A stretch of DNA of 64,000 nt from Acidobacteriota bacterium (GTDB taxonomy: Bacteria > Acidobacteriota > Thermoanaerobaculia > Thermoanaerobaculales > Sulfomarinibacteraceae): positions 167-64,166 of the forward strand of contig JAADFK010000092.1 in NCBI GenBank assembly GCA_013152925.1. Direction: 5' to 3'. The notes under the pieces were generated by a model. It saw only the letters and a list, made by a program, of their open reading frames with translations, was not told the DNA's origin and ran no database searches. Both the position numbers and the translations under genes were made by a program. Positions 8,923-18,084 of the stretch are shown piece by piece (the first letter of the stretch is position 1; each line of letters opens with the position of its first letter).

Positions 8923-11451
8923 ATGATACCGATCGTCATGGCAGGTGGTTTTGGAACACGAATCCGGCCCCTTTCAGCGAACATTCCCAAGCCCATGTTG
9001 CCGGTGGTCAACCGGCCGATCCTGGAGCACGTCCTCCACCTGCTCAGGAGCTACGGCCTCGACGAGGCCATCCTCCTCCTCTATCACCAGCCCGATACCA
9101 TCAAGGAGTACTTCGGCGACGGCTCTCGCTGCGGCATGAAGCTCCACTACTACACGGCGGAAGCGGACTACGGGACGGCGGGAGCGGTGAAGCGAGGCGC
9201 CCGGCTGGTGGACAGTGACTCCTACCTGGTTCTTTCTGGAGATGTGCTCTGCGATTTCGATCTCGGCGACGTCATGCGCTCGCACACCGATCGGGACGCC
9301 GCCGCGACGATCACGCTGACGCGGGTGGCCAATCCCCTCCAGTTTGGCATCGTCATCACCGGTGCGGACGGCCGGGTGACGCGTTTCCTCGAAAAGCCGA
9401 CCTGGGGCGAGGTCTTCTCGGACACCATCAACACGGGAATCTACGTCCTCAAGAGCGATGTGCTGGATCAGATCGCCGACGAGGGCGCCGTGGATTTCTC
9501 GAAAAACCTCTTCCCGAAGCTGCTGGCCGACGGACGCCCTCTCTATGGCTCCATTCAGGAGGGCTACTGGCGCGACATCGGTGATCCCGATTCCTACATC
9601 GAGGTTCACCGGGATATCTGTGCCGGGCGGGTCCGTTCGGTCGAGGTGCCCGGCGAGCCCATGAACTTGCTGGGACGCGACGTGCGCGTGGAGGGCCAGG
9701 TAGATCTGAACGGTGTGGAGCTGCGCGGCACCGTGGTGATCGGGCGCGGCGCGCGGATACTGGAGGGCGCCCGTCTGGAGAACACGATCATCGGACCGGG
9801 GGTTGTCGTTGGCGCCAACTCCGATCTCCGCGGCGCCATCGTCTGGGCGGACGCCACCATCGGTCCGAGGGCGCGTGTCGAGCAGGCGGTGATTTGCGAG
9901 GGCGCCGAGCTCGGCGAAGGAGACCTCATAGAACAGGGCGCCGTTGTGGGGGATCATTCCCAGCTGGGCGTGGAGGTCCGGGTCAAGGAGGGCGTCAAGA
10001 TTTGGCCCCGGAAGGTCGTCGAAGACTACGCCGTCGTCCACACCAACATGGTCTGGGCCACCCGCTGGCGGACCTCTGCCTTCGAGGAATCGGCCGTCAC
10101 CGGCCTGACCAACTACGAGCTGACACCGGAAGTCGCCGCCAAGCTCGGGGCGGCGTATGGTGCCCTTCTCCCGGAGCACGCCGTCATCCTGACCTCCCGC
10201 GACGCCCACCCGGCCTCGCGCATGCTGCGGCGCGCCTTCGTCGGTGGGTTGGGCTCGGCTGGCGTCGATATCTCCGACCTGCGGATGACGCCCATCCCCA
10301 TCATGAGGTACCGGCTCCAGGATCCCGATGGCCCGGAGGTCGGCGGCGTGTTCTTCCAACAGGTTCATTTCACCACCGGGATGACCGCCATCCGTTTCTA
10401 CGATCCCCACGGCTTCGAGCTCTCAACCAATGCCGCCAAGAACGTGGAACGTGTCTTTTTCCGGGAGGACTTCCGGCGCGTCGACCACGACCAGGTGGGC
10501 GTCATCCACGATGCGCCGGTGGTCACGGCCGCGTATCAGGAGGCGTGCCTGCGCATCGTCGACCGGGAGGCCATCCGCGAACGGAGGTTCCGGCTGGTGG
10601 CCGACTACACCCACGGCAGTGCCGCGGTCTACCTGCCCAACCTGCTCGCCCGCCTCGGCGTCGAGGAGGTGACGCTCAACGCCCAGGTGGAAGGCGTGTA
10701 CCACGCGCTCCAATCGAACGACGTCCCGATCATCCAAAAACACCTCAGCAGCATCGTCCGCAGCCTGGACGCCGACCTCGGAATCTGGGTAAAGCCTGGC
10801 TCCGAGCGCCTGGTCCTGGCAGACCGTAAGGGGAGGATATGGCAGGGCATGGACTTGCTCATGCTGCTGGCGGCCCTCCTGGTCCGGCACAGCTCCGCCG
10901 AGAGGGGTCACCCCGGCGTGGTTCTTCCACTGTTCGCTCCGTCGACCCTGGTCAATCTCTTCGGCTCGGCAGGCTGGGCGGTGCACCAGACATCGTCGGA
11001 TCCGCGTGAGACCATGCGCGTGGCCGAAACCCCGGGCGTTGTTTTTGCGTCCTCTGGCAACGGCGACGTGGCCTTCACTGACCTCCACGCCGCCCCGGAC
11101 GCCATGTTCGGGACTGTGAAGATCCTGGAGCTCCTGGCCCTCACGGACCTCGAGCTCGACGCCGTTGCCGACGAGCTTCCCGGCGTTCCCTACATGACCC
11201 ACGAGATTTCCTGCCCCGTGGAAAAGAAGGGCACGATCATGCGCCGTTTCGCCGAGATTGCCCAGGAGTTCGAGGCGACATTCCAGGAGGGGGTTCGTAT
11301 CCAGCTGGACCACGGTTGGGTCCTGTTGCGGGCGGACCGTTCCGCGCCCCGCCTCCACCTCGTTGTGGAGGCCGACAGCGCGCACCGGGTCACCACGTGG
11401 ATGAAGAAGTACCGCGACATCGTCGAAGCCTGGATTCGTGAAGTATGCTGA
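8923..11451 (+). CDS. Bifunctional sugar-1-phosphate nucleotidylyltransferase / phosphohexomutase (PGM/PMM-like) fusion
   Basis: N-terminal NTP-transferase signature (MAGGFGTRIRPLS..PKPMLPV), left-handed beta-helix hexapeptide region, and a C-terminal alpha-D-phosphohexomutase-like half. 842 aa. Confidence 0.8.
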   Translation: MIPIVMAGGFGTRIRPLSANIPKPMLPVVNRPILEHVLHLLRSYGLDEAILLLYHQPDTIKEYFGDGSRCGMKLHYYTAEADYGTAGAVKRGARLVDSDSYLVLSGDVLCDFDLGDVMRSHTDRDAAATITLTRVANPLQFGIVITGADGRVTRFLEKPTWGEVFSDTINTGIYVLKSDVLDQIADEGAVDFSKNLFPKLLADGRPLYGSIQEGYWRDIGDPDSYIEVHRDICAGRVRSVEVPGEPMNLLGRDVRVEGQVDLNGVELRGTVVIGRGARILEGARLENTIIGPGVVVGANSDLRGAIVWADATIGPRARVEQAVICEGAELGEGDLIEQGAVVGDHSQLGVEVRVKEGVKIWPRKVVEDYAVVHTNMVWATRWRTSAFEESAVTGLTNYELTPEVAAKLGAAYGALLPEHAVILTSRDAHPASRMLRRAFVGGLGSAGVDISDLRMTPIPIMRYRLQDPDGPEVGGVFFQQVHFTTGMTAIRFYDPHGFELSTNAAKNVERVFFREDFRRVDHDQVGVIHDAPVVTAAYQEACLRIVDREAIRERRFRLVADYTHGSAAVYLPNLLARLGVEEVTLNAQVEGVYHALQSNDVPIIQKHLSSIVRSLDADLGIWVKPGSERLVLADRKGRIWQGMDLLMLLAALLVRHSSAERGHPGVVLPLFAPSTLVNLFGSAGWAVHQTSSDPRETMRVAETPGVVFASSGNGDVAFTDLHAAPDAMFGTVKILELLALTDLELDAVADELPGVPYMTHEISCPVEKKGTIMRRFAEIAQEFEATFQEGVRIQLDHGWVLLRADRSAPRLHLVVEADSAHRVTTWMKKYRDIVEAWIREVC

Positions 11452-11470
11452 CCGGCGAACAGGTCTGAAC

Positions 11471-13486
11471 ATGGCAACCATCACCTTTCTCTGGCACCTG
11501 CACCAGCCCTCCTACCGGACCGCCGACGGCACCGCGCACGCCCCCTGGGTGGCCGTACACGCCGGCGGCGCCTACCTGACACTGGCACGATCCCTCCTGG
11601 AGACCGGCGCTTCCGGACATGTGCTCAACCTCGTGCCAACACTGGTGGAACAGATGGAGGCGTACGCCGAAGGGCGGGTTCACGATCCCGTGCTCGACCT
11701 CCTGCGCCAGCCGGCCCTGGAGCTGGACCACCGGCAACGGGCCGATCTCCTGGCGTGGGCCTTCCACGTGACACCCCGCCAGAAGTCCCGGTTCGGACGC
11801 CTGGCCGAGCTCGAGACCCGGCGGCAGGCCGCCGCCTCCACCGAGGCGATCGGGAACTGGTTCGGCCCCGGTGATCTCCGGGATCTTCAGATCCTGTTCG
11901 TGCTCGCCCAGGCGGGGGAACAGGCATGGCGGGACCCGGAGCTCGCCGACCTGTCAACCCGCGGCGGCAGCTTCAGCACGGCCGACCACGAGACCATGGT
12001 CCGCTGGCTCGAGGCCCAGCCCGCCAGGATTCTCGACCTCTGGCGCCAGCTGGCGGAACACCCCGGTCTGGAGGTTTCCACCAGCCCCTACGCCCACCCC
12101 ATCATGCCGCTCCTGGTGGACACATCGATCGTCGAGGAGAGCTGGGCTCCGGCCCCGGCGCCGCAGGTCCCCGAGCTCCGGTATCCCGGCGACGCCACGC
12201 TCCAGCTCACGCGTGGCCTGGCCTTCATGGCCCAGCGGGGATACCGGATCGCCGGCTGTTGGCCACCCGAGGGATCGGTCTCCAAGGAGGTTCTGGAGCT
12301 CTACGGCGAAGCCGGCGTCCAGTGGTTGGTCACCGATGAGGGTATTCTCGAACGAAGCCTCGGGCGTTCGCTGCGCGACGGCGGGAGGCTCCCTACCGAG
12401 ATCTTCCGCCCGTGGCGGCTCGGTACGGCCACGCCGCTGCTCTTCTTCCGGGACCGGGAGCTCTCGGACCGGATCGGCTTCGTCTACGGGCGGTGGCAGC
12501 GGGAGGACGAGGCCGCCGGGGACCTGGTGGGAGCTCTCGAGGGCGTCGCCGCCAGCCTCCCGGACGACGCCTGCATCGTTGTGGCTCTGGATGGAGAAAA
12601 TCCCTGGCTGCACTATCCCCAGGGCGGCGGCGTCTTTCTGCGTACCCTGGTCGAGCGGGTCGGCGCTTCCACGAAGCTGCGCCCGGCGACGCTGGAATCC
12701 CTTGCCCAGACCGCCGTCCCTGAAACGCTGGAGCGGCTTCACCCGGGATCGTGGATCGGACAGACCTTCGCCACATGGATCGGACACCCCGAGAAGAGCC
12801 GGGCCTGGGAAGCCCTCAGAACCGTCCGGGAGAGCTTGCCGCCGGGCGCGGAAATCCCGGAGCCCATGCTCCTCGCCGAGGGCTCCGACTGGTTCTGGTG
12901 GCTCGGCGACGACAATCCCTCGGCGCTGGCGCCCCTCTACGACCGGATCTTCCGGTGGCACCTGGCCGATGCCTGTTCCGCGGCCGGCGTGCCCGCTCCC
13001 GAGGTGGTCTCCAGGCCCCTCAAGGTACCGGCCGTTCCCCTCCGCGTCCCCGTGTCCAAGCAGTGGCCGGCGCCGGTCTTCGACGGCCGCATGACCACCT
13101 ACTTCGAATGGTCGCTGGCCAGCTTTGCCGAGGCGGGAGAACAGGGTTCGCTGCGGCGGGTCGGCGCCTGGGCCGACGGCGCGTGGTTGTACCTTCTCGT
13201 TGAGGCGGCACGGCCGCTGGGGGCTCTCACCGAAGATCGGCCGCTGCACCTCGAGCTGGAGCTGCCCTCCGGCGAGGTCGAGGCGCTGACCTTCTTCGCC
13301 GGGAGCGCCGACCGGATGGACCTGCCCTCCGCGGTCGGGCGCGTGGCCGAGCTGGCCCTCCCGTGGGATGCCTCACCGGGCGCACGCCTGCACGTCCAAC
13401 TCGGCGAAGAGACGCTGCCCAGCGAGGCGGTCCTGGTGCTGGAGCCCTTCCCGGTCGACGAAGAACCTCTCGAACAGACCCCGTGA
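11471..13486 (+). CDS. Glycoside hydrolase family 57 alpha-glucan-active enzyme (amylase / glucanotransferase type)
   Basis: GH57-type N-terminus (ITFLWHLHQPSYR) and later motifs (YAHPIMPLL, ALDGENPW, SDWFWW). I use the ATG at 11471 rather than 11438. Confidence 0.8.
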   Translation: MATITFLWHLHQPSYRTADGTAHAPWVAVHAGGAYLTLARSLLETGASGHVLNLVPTLVEQMEAYAEGRVHDPVLDLLRQPALELDHRQRADLLAWAFHVTPRQKSRFGRLAELETRRQAAASTEAIGNWFGPGDLRDLQILFVLAQAGEQAWRDPELADLSTRGGSFSTADHETMVRWLEAQPARILDLWRQLAEHPGLEVSTSPYAHPIMPLLVDTSIVEESWAPAPAPQVPELRYPGDATLQLTRGLAFMAQRGYRIAGCWPPEGSVSKEVLELYGEAGVQWLVTDEGILERSLGRSLRDGGRLPTEIFRPWRLGTATPLLFFRDRELSDRIGFVYGRWQREDEAAGDLVGALEGVAASLPDDACIVVALDGENPWLHYPQGGGVFLRTLVERVGASTKLRPATLESLAQTAVPETLERLHPGSWIGQTFATWIGHPEKSRAWEALRTVRESLPPGAEIPEPMLLAEGSDWFWWLGDDNPSALAPLYDRIFRWHLADACSAAGVPAPEVVSRPLKVPAVPLRVPVSKQWPAPVFDGRMTTYFEWSLASFAEAGEQGSLRRVGAWADGAWLYLLVEAARPLGALTEDRPLHLELELPSGEVEALTFFAGSADRMDLPSAVGRVAELALPWDASPGARLHVQLGEETLPSEAVLVLEPFPVDEEPLEQTP

Positions 13487-13521
13487 ACCCCGCTTGAAAC
13501 GGTCCGAGGAGGCAGGCAACC

Positions 13522-14571
13522 ATGTCCGATCTTCGATACGATCCCATCACCGCACGGTGGGTGATCATCGCTCCCGAACGGAAGCTGCGGCCTCACGAGT
13601 TTCTCGTTCCGCAATCCCACGGACCCTCCCCCATCGACGGCTGTCCCTTCGAACCCGGACGGGAATCCATGACGCCGCCAGAGATCCTGCGCCTTCCACC
13701 GCCTGGCGGCGGCGAGGGTTGGCAGGTTCGCGTGGTGCCCAACAAGTTCCCGGCGCTGCGCGTGGAGGGCGAGGTCGCTCGCGAGGGACTGGGCCTTCAT
13801 GACCGTGTCAGCGGCATCGGCGCCCACGAGGTGATCATCGAGTCGCCACGCCATGACGCCGTCATGGCCGACCTCGAACCCGAAGAGCTGGCCCTGGTGT
13901 TCGCCGCCTGGCGCCACCGCATTTCGGACCTCAGGCGCGACGTCCGGCTGCGCTACGTCCTGGTGTTCAAGAACGAGGGACGGGAGGCCGGCGCTTCTCT
14001 CAGTCATCCCCACTCCCAGCTGATCGCCACCCCGATCATCCCCAAGGCGGTCGTCCAGGAGCTCTCCGCGGCCCGCCAACACTTCCGCGCCAAGGAGCGA
14101 TGCATCTTCTGCGACCTGATCCGCCAGGAGCTTCGCTTGGACGAACGGGTGGCCCTCGAGACCGAGCATTACGTTGCGTTGGAGCCGTTTGCCTCGGCCT
14201 TTCCCTTCGAAACCTGGATCCTGCCCCGCACCCACCGGCACGATCTCGCCACCGCATCCGACGGGGATCTGCTGGCCTTGGCCGTCATGGTGAGGGAGCT
14301 GCTGCAACGCCTCCGCTCACTCCTCGGCGATCCGCCGTACAATATGGTCGTGCACACGGCGCCGAGCCCCCACCCCAGACCCGGCCTCCCGGACTACTGG
14401 TCCACCATCGAGCACGACTTCCACTGGCACATTGAGCTGATCCCGAGGGTCACGCGTTTCGCTGGATTCGAGTGGGGTTCCGGTTACACGATCAATCCAA
14501 CGCCTCCCGAGGAAGCCGCCCGATTTCTCAGGGAGGCAGACCCCGACGGAGGGTTGCATGTCCACCCCTGA
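13522..14571 (+). CDS. galT: GalT-like hexose-1-phosphate nucleotidylyltransferase (HIT superfamily)
   Basis: Active-site HxHxQ (SHPHSQLIA) and VVPNKFPAL. The N-terminal zinc motif is degenerate (CPFEPG instead of CPFCxG). GGAGG RBS present. Confidence 0.8.
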   Translation: MSDLRYDPITARWVIIAPERKLRPHEFLVPQSHGPSPIDGCPFEPGRESMTPPEILRLPPPGGGEGWQVRVVPNKFPALRVEGEVAREGLGLHDRVSGIGAHEVIIESPRHDAVMADLEPEELALVFAAWRHRISDLRRDVRLRYVLVFKNEGREAGASLSHPHSQLIATPIIPKAVVQELSAARQHFRAKERCIFCDLIRQELRLDERVALETEHYVALEPFASAFPFETWILPRTHRHDLATASDGDLLALAVMVRELLQRLRSLLGDPPYNMVVHTAPSPHPRPGLPDYWSTIEHDFHWHIELIPRVTRFAGFEWGSGYTINPTPPEEAARFLREADPDGGLHVHP

Positions 14572-16528
14572 ACCGATCCGAAACCGCCTCAAGAGTCGTG
14601 ATCCCAGGACCCGGGACATGGCACGCCAGGAGGTTGCCAGGGTCCTCGCCGACTGCGGCGGCAGCATCTCAGCGGCCGCCCGCCGGCTTGGTCTTTCCCC
14701 GGCGACCGTTCGGCGGTGGGGCCGCCTCTTCCCGCCGACGGTGCTCCCGCGGCACCAGGCGCCCCCTCTGTCGGTTTCCCAGGAGGAGTACGGCAGCAGG
14801 TTTTCGGCCCAGGACGCGACCGCCGGACCGGCCGCAACGAAGCCACCGGAATCCGGAGAACGCCGGGAGGGCCCCGGGACCGCGCCCTCGCCCGCCCCGC
14901 CGGGACCCGAGGCCGCCCATCATCCGGCGATCAGGTCATGGGAGGAGGCCGTGCCCGATCCCTGGAGCCCCCAGCCCGAGCCTCGCGAGCTCGCCTTCGT
15001 TCTCCATTCCCACCTGCCGTGGGTCCTGGGTCATGGAACCTGGCCCCACGGCGAGGAGTGGCTGGCAGAGGCGGTGGCCCATTGCTACCTGCCCCTCATC
15101 GGCGTCTTCCAGAAGCTCCGAGACGAGGGCCTCCGCAACGTGCTGACCTTTTCCATCACGCCGGTGCTGGCCGCCCAGCTTGCCGACCCCCGGACCCGGG
15201 AGCTGGTCGACCGCTACCTGGAGCAGCGGATCACCGCGGCTCACGCCGCCATCACCGATCAGCCGCTGGCCGCCTGGTGGACCGCGAGCTTCGACAGCCT
15301 CCGGTCCGCCTGGCAGCGCATCGGCAAGGACATCATCGGCACCTTGGGAAGCCTGGCCGCCGAGGGCGTCATCGAGCTGGCCACCTGTGCCGCGACCCAC
15401 GCCTACCTCCCCCTGACGCATACGGAGGAGATGATCCGCTTGCAGCTGCGAACCGCCGTCGATCTGCACGAACGGCTCTTCGGGATGCCGCCTCGCGGAG
15501 CCTGGCTGCCCGAATGCGCCTACCGGCCCGGCGGGCCGTGGCGCCACCCGGTGACCGGGGCCCGGGAGACGTTCCGGCCGGGCCTGGAACACTATCTCCA
15601 GGAACACGGCATCTCGTGGACCATCGTGGACACGCACCTAGTGCTTGGAGGAGAGCCCCGCGTCTCTTCAAGCGGAGATCACCCCCGGGACCTGACCGTG
15701 GTCGAAGGATCGGTTGCCGAGCCCGTCTGGATCGGCGCCAGCGCCGTCGCCGCCTTCGTTCGCGAACCCCGCTCGGCTCTCCAGGTGTGGTCCCGCGATC
15801 ACGGTTACCCGGGGGACGCGCGCTACCTGGACTTCCACAAACGTCACTGGCCCTCCGGCCTGCGGTTGTGGCGGGTCACCCATCCCAGGGCGGACCTCGC
15901 TGACAAGCTCTCCTACGATCCCCGCGCCGCGGCCGACGCCGTGGCGACTCACGCCGATCACTTCGTACGAATGGTATCCCACCTGGCCGGCCTCGATCGC
16001 GGCGTCGCCGTGTGCCCCTTCGATACGGAGCTCTTCGGCCACTGGTGGTACGAGGGGCCCCAGTGGCTGGAACGGGTCCTGCGGCTTGCCGCGGCCCACC
16101 CGCTGCTGACACCCACCGGCGTTGGCCGCCGGCTCCGCCGGCGACCGCCGGAGGTTCGCCTGGCCCTCCCCGAAGGTTCCTGGGGCGAGGGAGGCGACCA
16201 CCGCGTCTGGGTCAACCCGGACACCGACTGGATGTGGCACCAGCTCGGCTCCTCCGAGCTCGCCGTTCAGGAAGCGTGCCGCCGTCCCGCCACCATCGCC
16301 CTCAAGAGGGCCATCCTCAACCAGCTGATGATCCTGTCCGCCTCGGACTGGCCCTTCCTCGTCACCACGGGCGCCGCCAGGGATTACGCTGAGAAGCGCT
16401 TCACCGAGCACCGCGACCGCTTGCAACAGCTGCTGGCCGCTTCGATCCGGACGCGGCATCTCCCGGCCTGGGCCGAAGCCGACCTGGCCTTCCCCGACCT
16501 CAACCCCCACTGGTGGTCCAGCGATTGA
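14558..16528 (+). CDS. GH57 1,4-alpha-glucan branching enzyme with a 131-aa in-frame N-terminal leader carrying a Fis-type HTH
   Basis: The GH57 branching-enzyme core starts near LAFVLHSHLPWVLGHGTWPHGEEWL. The leader contains VLADCGGSISAAARRLGLSPATVRRW followed by a Pro-rich linker. An alternative GTG at 14951 is preceded by GGGAGGAGG. No stop codon separates the leader from the core. Confidence 0.75.
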   Translation: MSTPEPIRNRLKSRDPRTRDMARQEVARVLADCGGSISAAARRLGLSPATVRRWGRLFPPTVLPRHQAPPLSVSQEEYGSRFSAQDATAGPAATKPPESGERREGPGTAPSPAPPGPEAAHHPAIRSWEEAVPDPWSPQPEPRELAFVLHSHLPWVLGHGTWPHGEEWLAEAVAHCYLPLIGVFQKLRDEGLRNVLTFSITPVLAAQLADPRTRELVDRYLEQRITAAHAAITDQPLAAWWTASFDSLRSAWQRIGKDIIGTLGSLAAEGVIELATCAATHAYLPLTHTEEMIRLQLRTAVDLHERLFGMPPRGAWLPECAYRPGGPWRHPVTGARETFRPGLEHYLQEHGISWTIVDTHLVLGGEPRVSSSGDHPRDLTVVEGSVAEPVWIGASAVAAFVREPRSALQVWSRDHGYPGDARYLDFHKRHWPSGLRLWRVTHPRADLADKLSYDPRAAADAVATHADHFVRMVSHLAGLDRGVAVCPFDTELFGHWWYEGPQWLERVLRLAAAHPLLTPTGVGRRLRRRPPEVRLALPEGSWGEGGDHRVWVNPDTDWMWHQLGSSELAVQEACRRPATIALKRAILNQLMILSASDWPFLVTTGAARDYAEKRFTEHRDRLQQLLAASIRTRHLPAWAEADLAFPDLNPHWWSSD

Positions 16529-17970
16529 AGATCGTCCATGTGGTCTCGGAGGCCGTACCCGTGGCCAAGACCGGGGGGCTGGCCGATGTGGCCGGCGCCT
16601 TGCCAGCGGCGCAGGCGGCCGCCGGTCACCAGGTGGTGGTCATTCTCCCGTGCCATCGAAACGCCACATCCAATCTCTCCGGTTTCCAGCTGGCAGGGTA
16701 CGCCGTTAACGCGGGTGAGTTCAGCTTCAGCGTCCTCCGGCGCCGCATCGGGTCCGTCGCCTACCTGCTCCTGGACGCCCCACGCCTGTTTGCACGACCC
16801 GGACTCTACGGCACGCCGGACGGGGACTTCCCGGACAACCCCATCCGCTTCGCGGCCTTCTCGCGGGCCGCCGTCCGCGCGGCCGCCGCCGAGCTCGGGG
16901 GGGCCGATGTCTTCCACTGTCATGACTGGCAGGCGGCGCTGGTGCCGCAGCTCCTCGGCCGAGACCCGCTCCTGGACGGTGTGGGGGCCGGGACGCCGGT
17001 CCTTCTCACCCTCCACAACCTCGCCTACCAGGGGAGCTTCGAGCCCTGGGTCATGGAGGCTGCACGTCTTCCCTCCGGACTCTTCGATCCCATGGGCCTC
17101 GAATTCTTCGGCCGGGTGAACTATCTCAAGGGCGGAATCCTGGCGGCGGATGCCCTGACGACGGTATCGCCGACCTATGCCCGGGAAATCCTCACGCCCG
17201 AGTATGGCTGCGGGCTCGACCAGGTTCTCGGCGCCCGGAGGCACCGGCTGGAAGGGATTCTCAACGGGCTGGACACCGCCACCTGGGATCCCGCGCAGGA
17301 TCCTCTCCTCCCGCGTCCCTACGACCGGCACGACGTTGACGAAGGGAAGTCGGCCTGCAGGCGCGCCGTGGCTCGCGAGCTCGGTCTTGACGAGGACGAC
17401 ACCCCGATGCTCGGCGTGGTGTCCCGGCTGGTCCACCAGAAGGGCGCCGACATCCTTGCCGCAGCGGCCCACGAGCTGGTCGTGCTCGGCGTCCGGCTCG
17501 CCGTTCTCGGGAGCGGCGATCCAGCCTGCGAGCGGCCCCTCGCGGAGGCGGCTCGGGTCCATCGTGGCCGCATCGCACTGGAGACCGGATTCAACGATCC
17601 GCTCGCCCACCGCATTTACGGTGGCTCGGATTTCTTCCTGATGCCCTCGCGCTTCGAACCCTGCGGACTGGGCCAGATGATCGCCCTCCGGTACGGAACA
17701 CCGCCCATCGTCAACCCCGTTGGGGGTCTGGCCGATACCGTTCACGACCTCGCCGCCAACGCCAGGCGCGGCAACGGCTTTCACATTCCCGAGCTCTCCC
17801 CAGGGGGCCTGGTCACCGCCGTCCGGCGTGCCCTTTCCATCGTGGAACATCCCCAACGGCTGCTCCGGCTGCGCCGGCGGGGCATGGCCGAGGATCACAG
17901 CTGGGCCCCGGCAGCCCATCGGTACGAGGCCGTCTACCACCGCCTTCTCGCCGGCGTCCCCTCGCTCTGA
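16513..17970 (+). CDS. glgA: Glycogen/starch synthase (GT5)
   Basis: KIVHVVSEAVPVAKTGGLADVAGALP N-terminal motif, 485 aa. Overlaps the upstream gene by 16 nt. Confidence 0.9.
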   Translation: MVQRLKIVHVVSEAVPVAKTGGLADVAGALPAAQAAAGHQVVVILPCHRNATSNLSGFQLAGYAVNAGEFSFSVLRRRIGSVAYLLLDAPRLFARPGLYGTPDGDFPDNPIRFAAFSRAAVRAAAAELGGADVFHCHDWQAALVPQLLGRDPLLDGVGAGTPVLLTLHNLAYQGSFEPWVMEAARLPSGLFDPMGLEFFGRVNYLKGGILAADALTTVSPTYAREILTPEYGCGLDQVLGARRHRLEGILNGLDTATWDPAQDPLLPRPYDRHDVDEGKSACRRAVARELGLDEDDTPMLGVVSRLVHQKGADILAAAAHELVVLGVRLAVLGSGDPACERPLAEAARVHRGRIALETGFNDPLAHRIYGGSDFFLMPSRFEPCGLGQMIALRYGTPPIVNPVGGLADTVHDLAANARRGNGFHIPELSPGGLVTAVRRALSIVEHPQRLLRLRRRGMAEDHSWAPAAHRYEAVYHRLLAGVPSL

Positions 17971-18084
17971 AAGGCTACCCAGGCCCGCAGTTATCGGGTA
18001 TACTCCGACTAAAGCTCTCGTGGAGTGATCCAATCGCGGCGACGACGGTTGTGAGGGTTGTCGCAGGACGTTGGAGGGAGAGTC

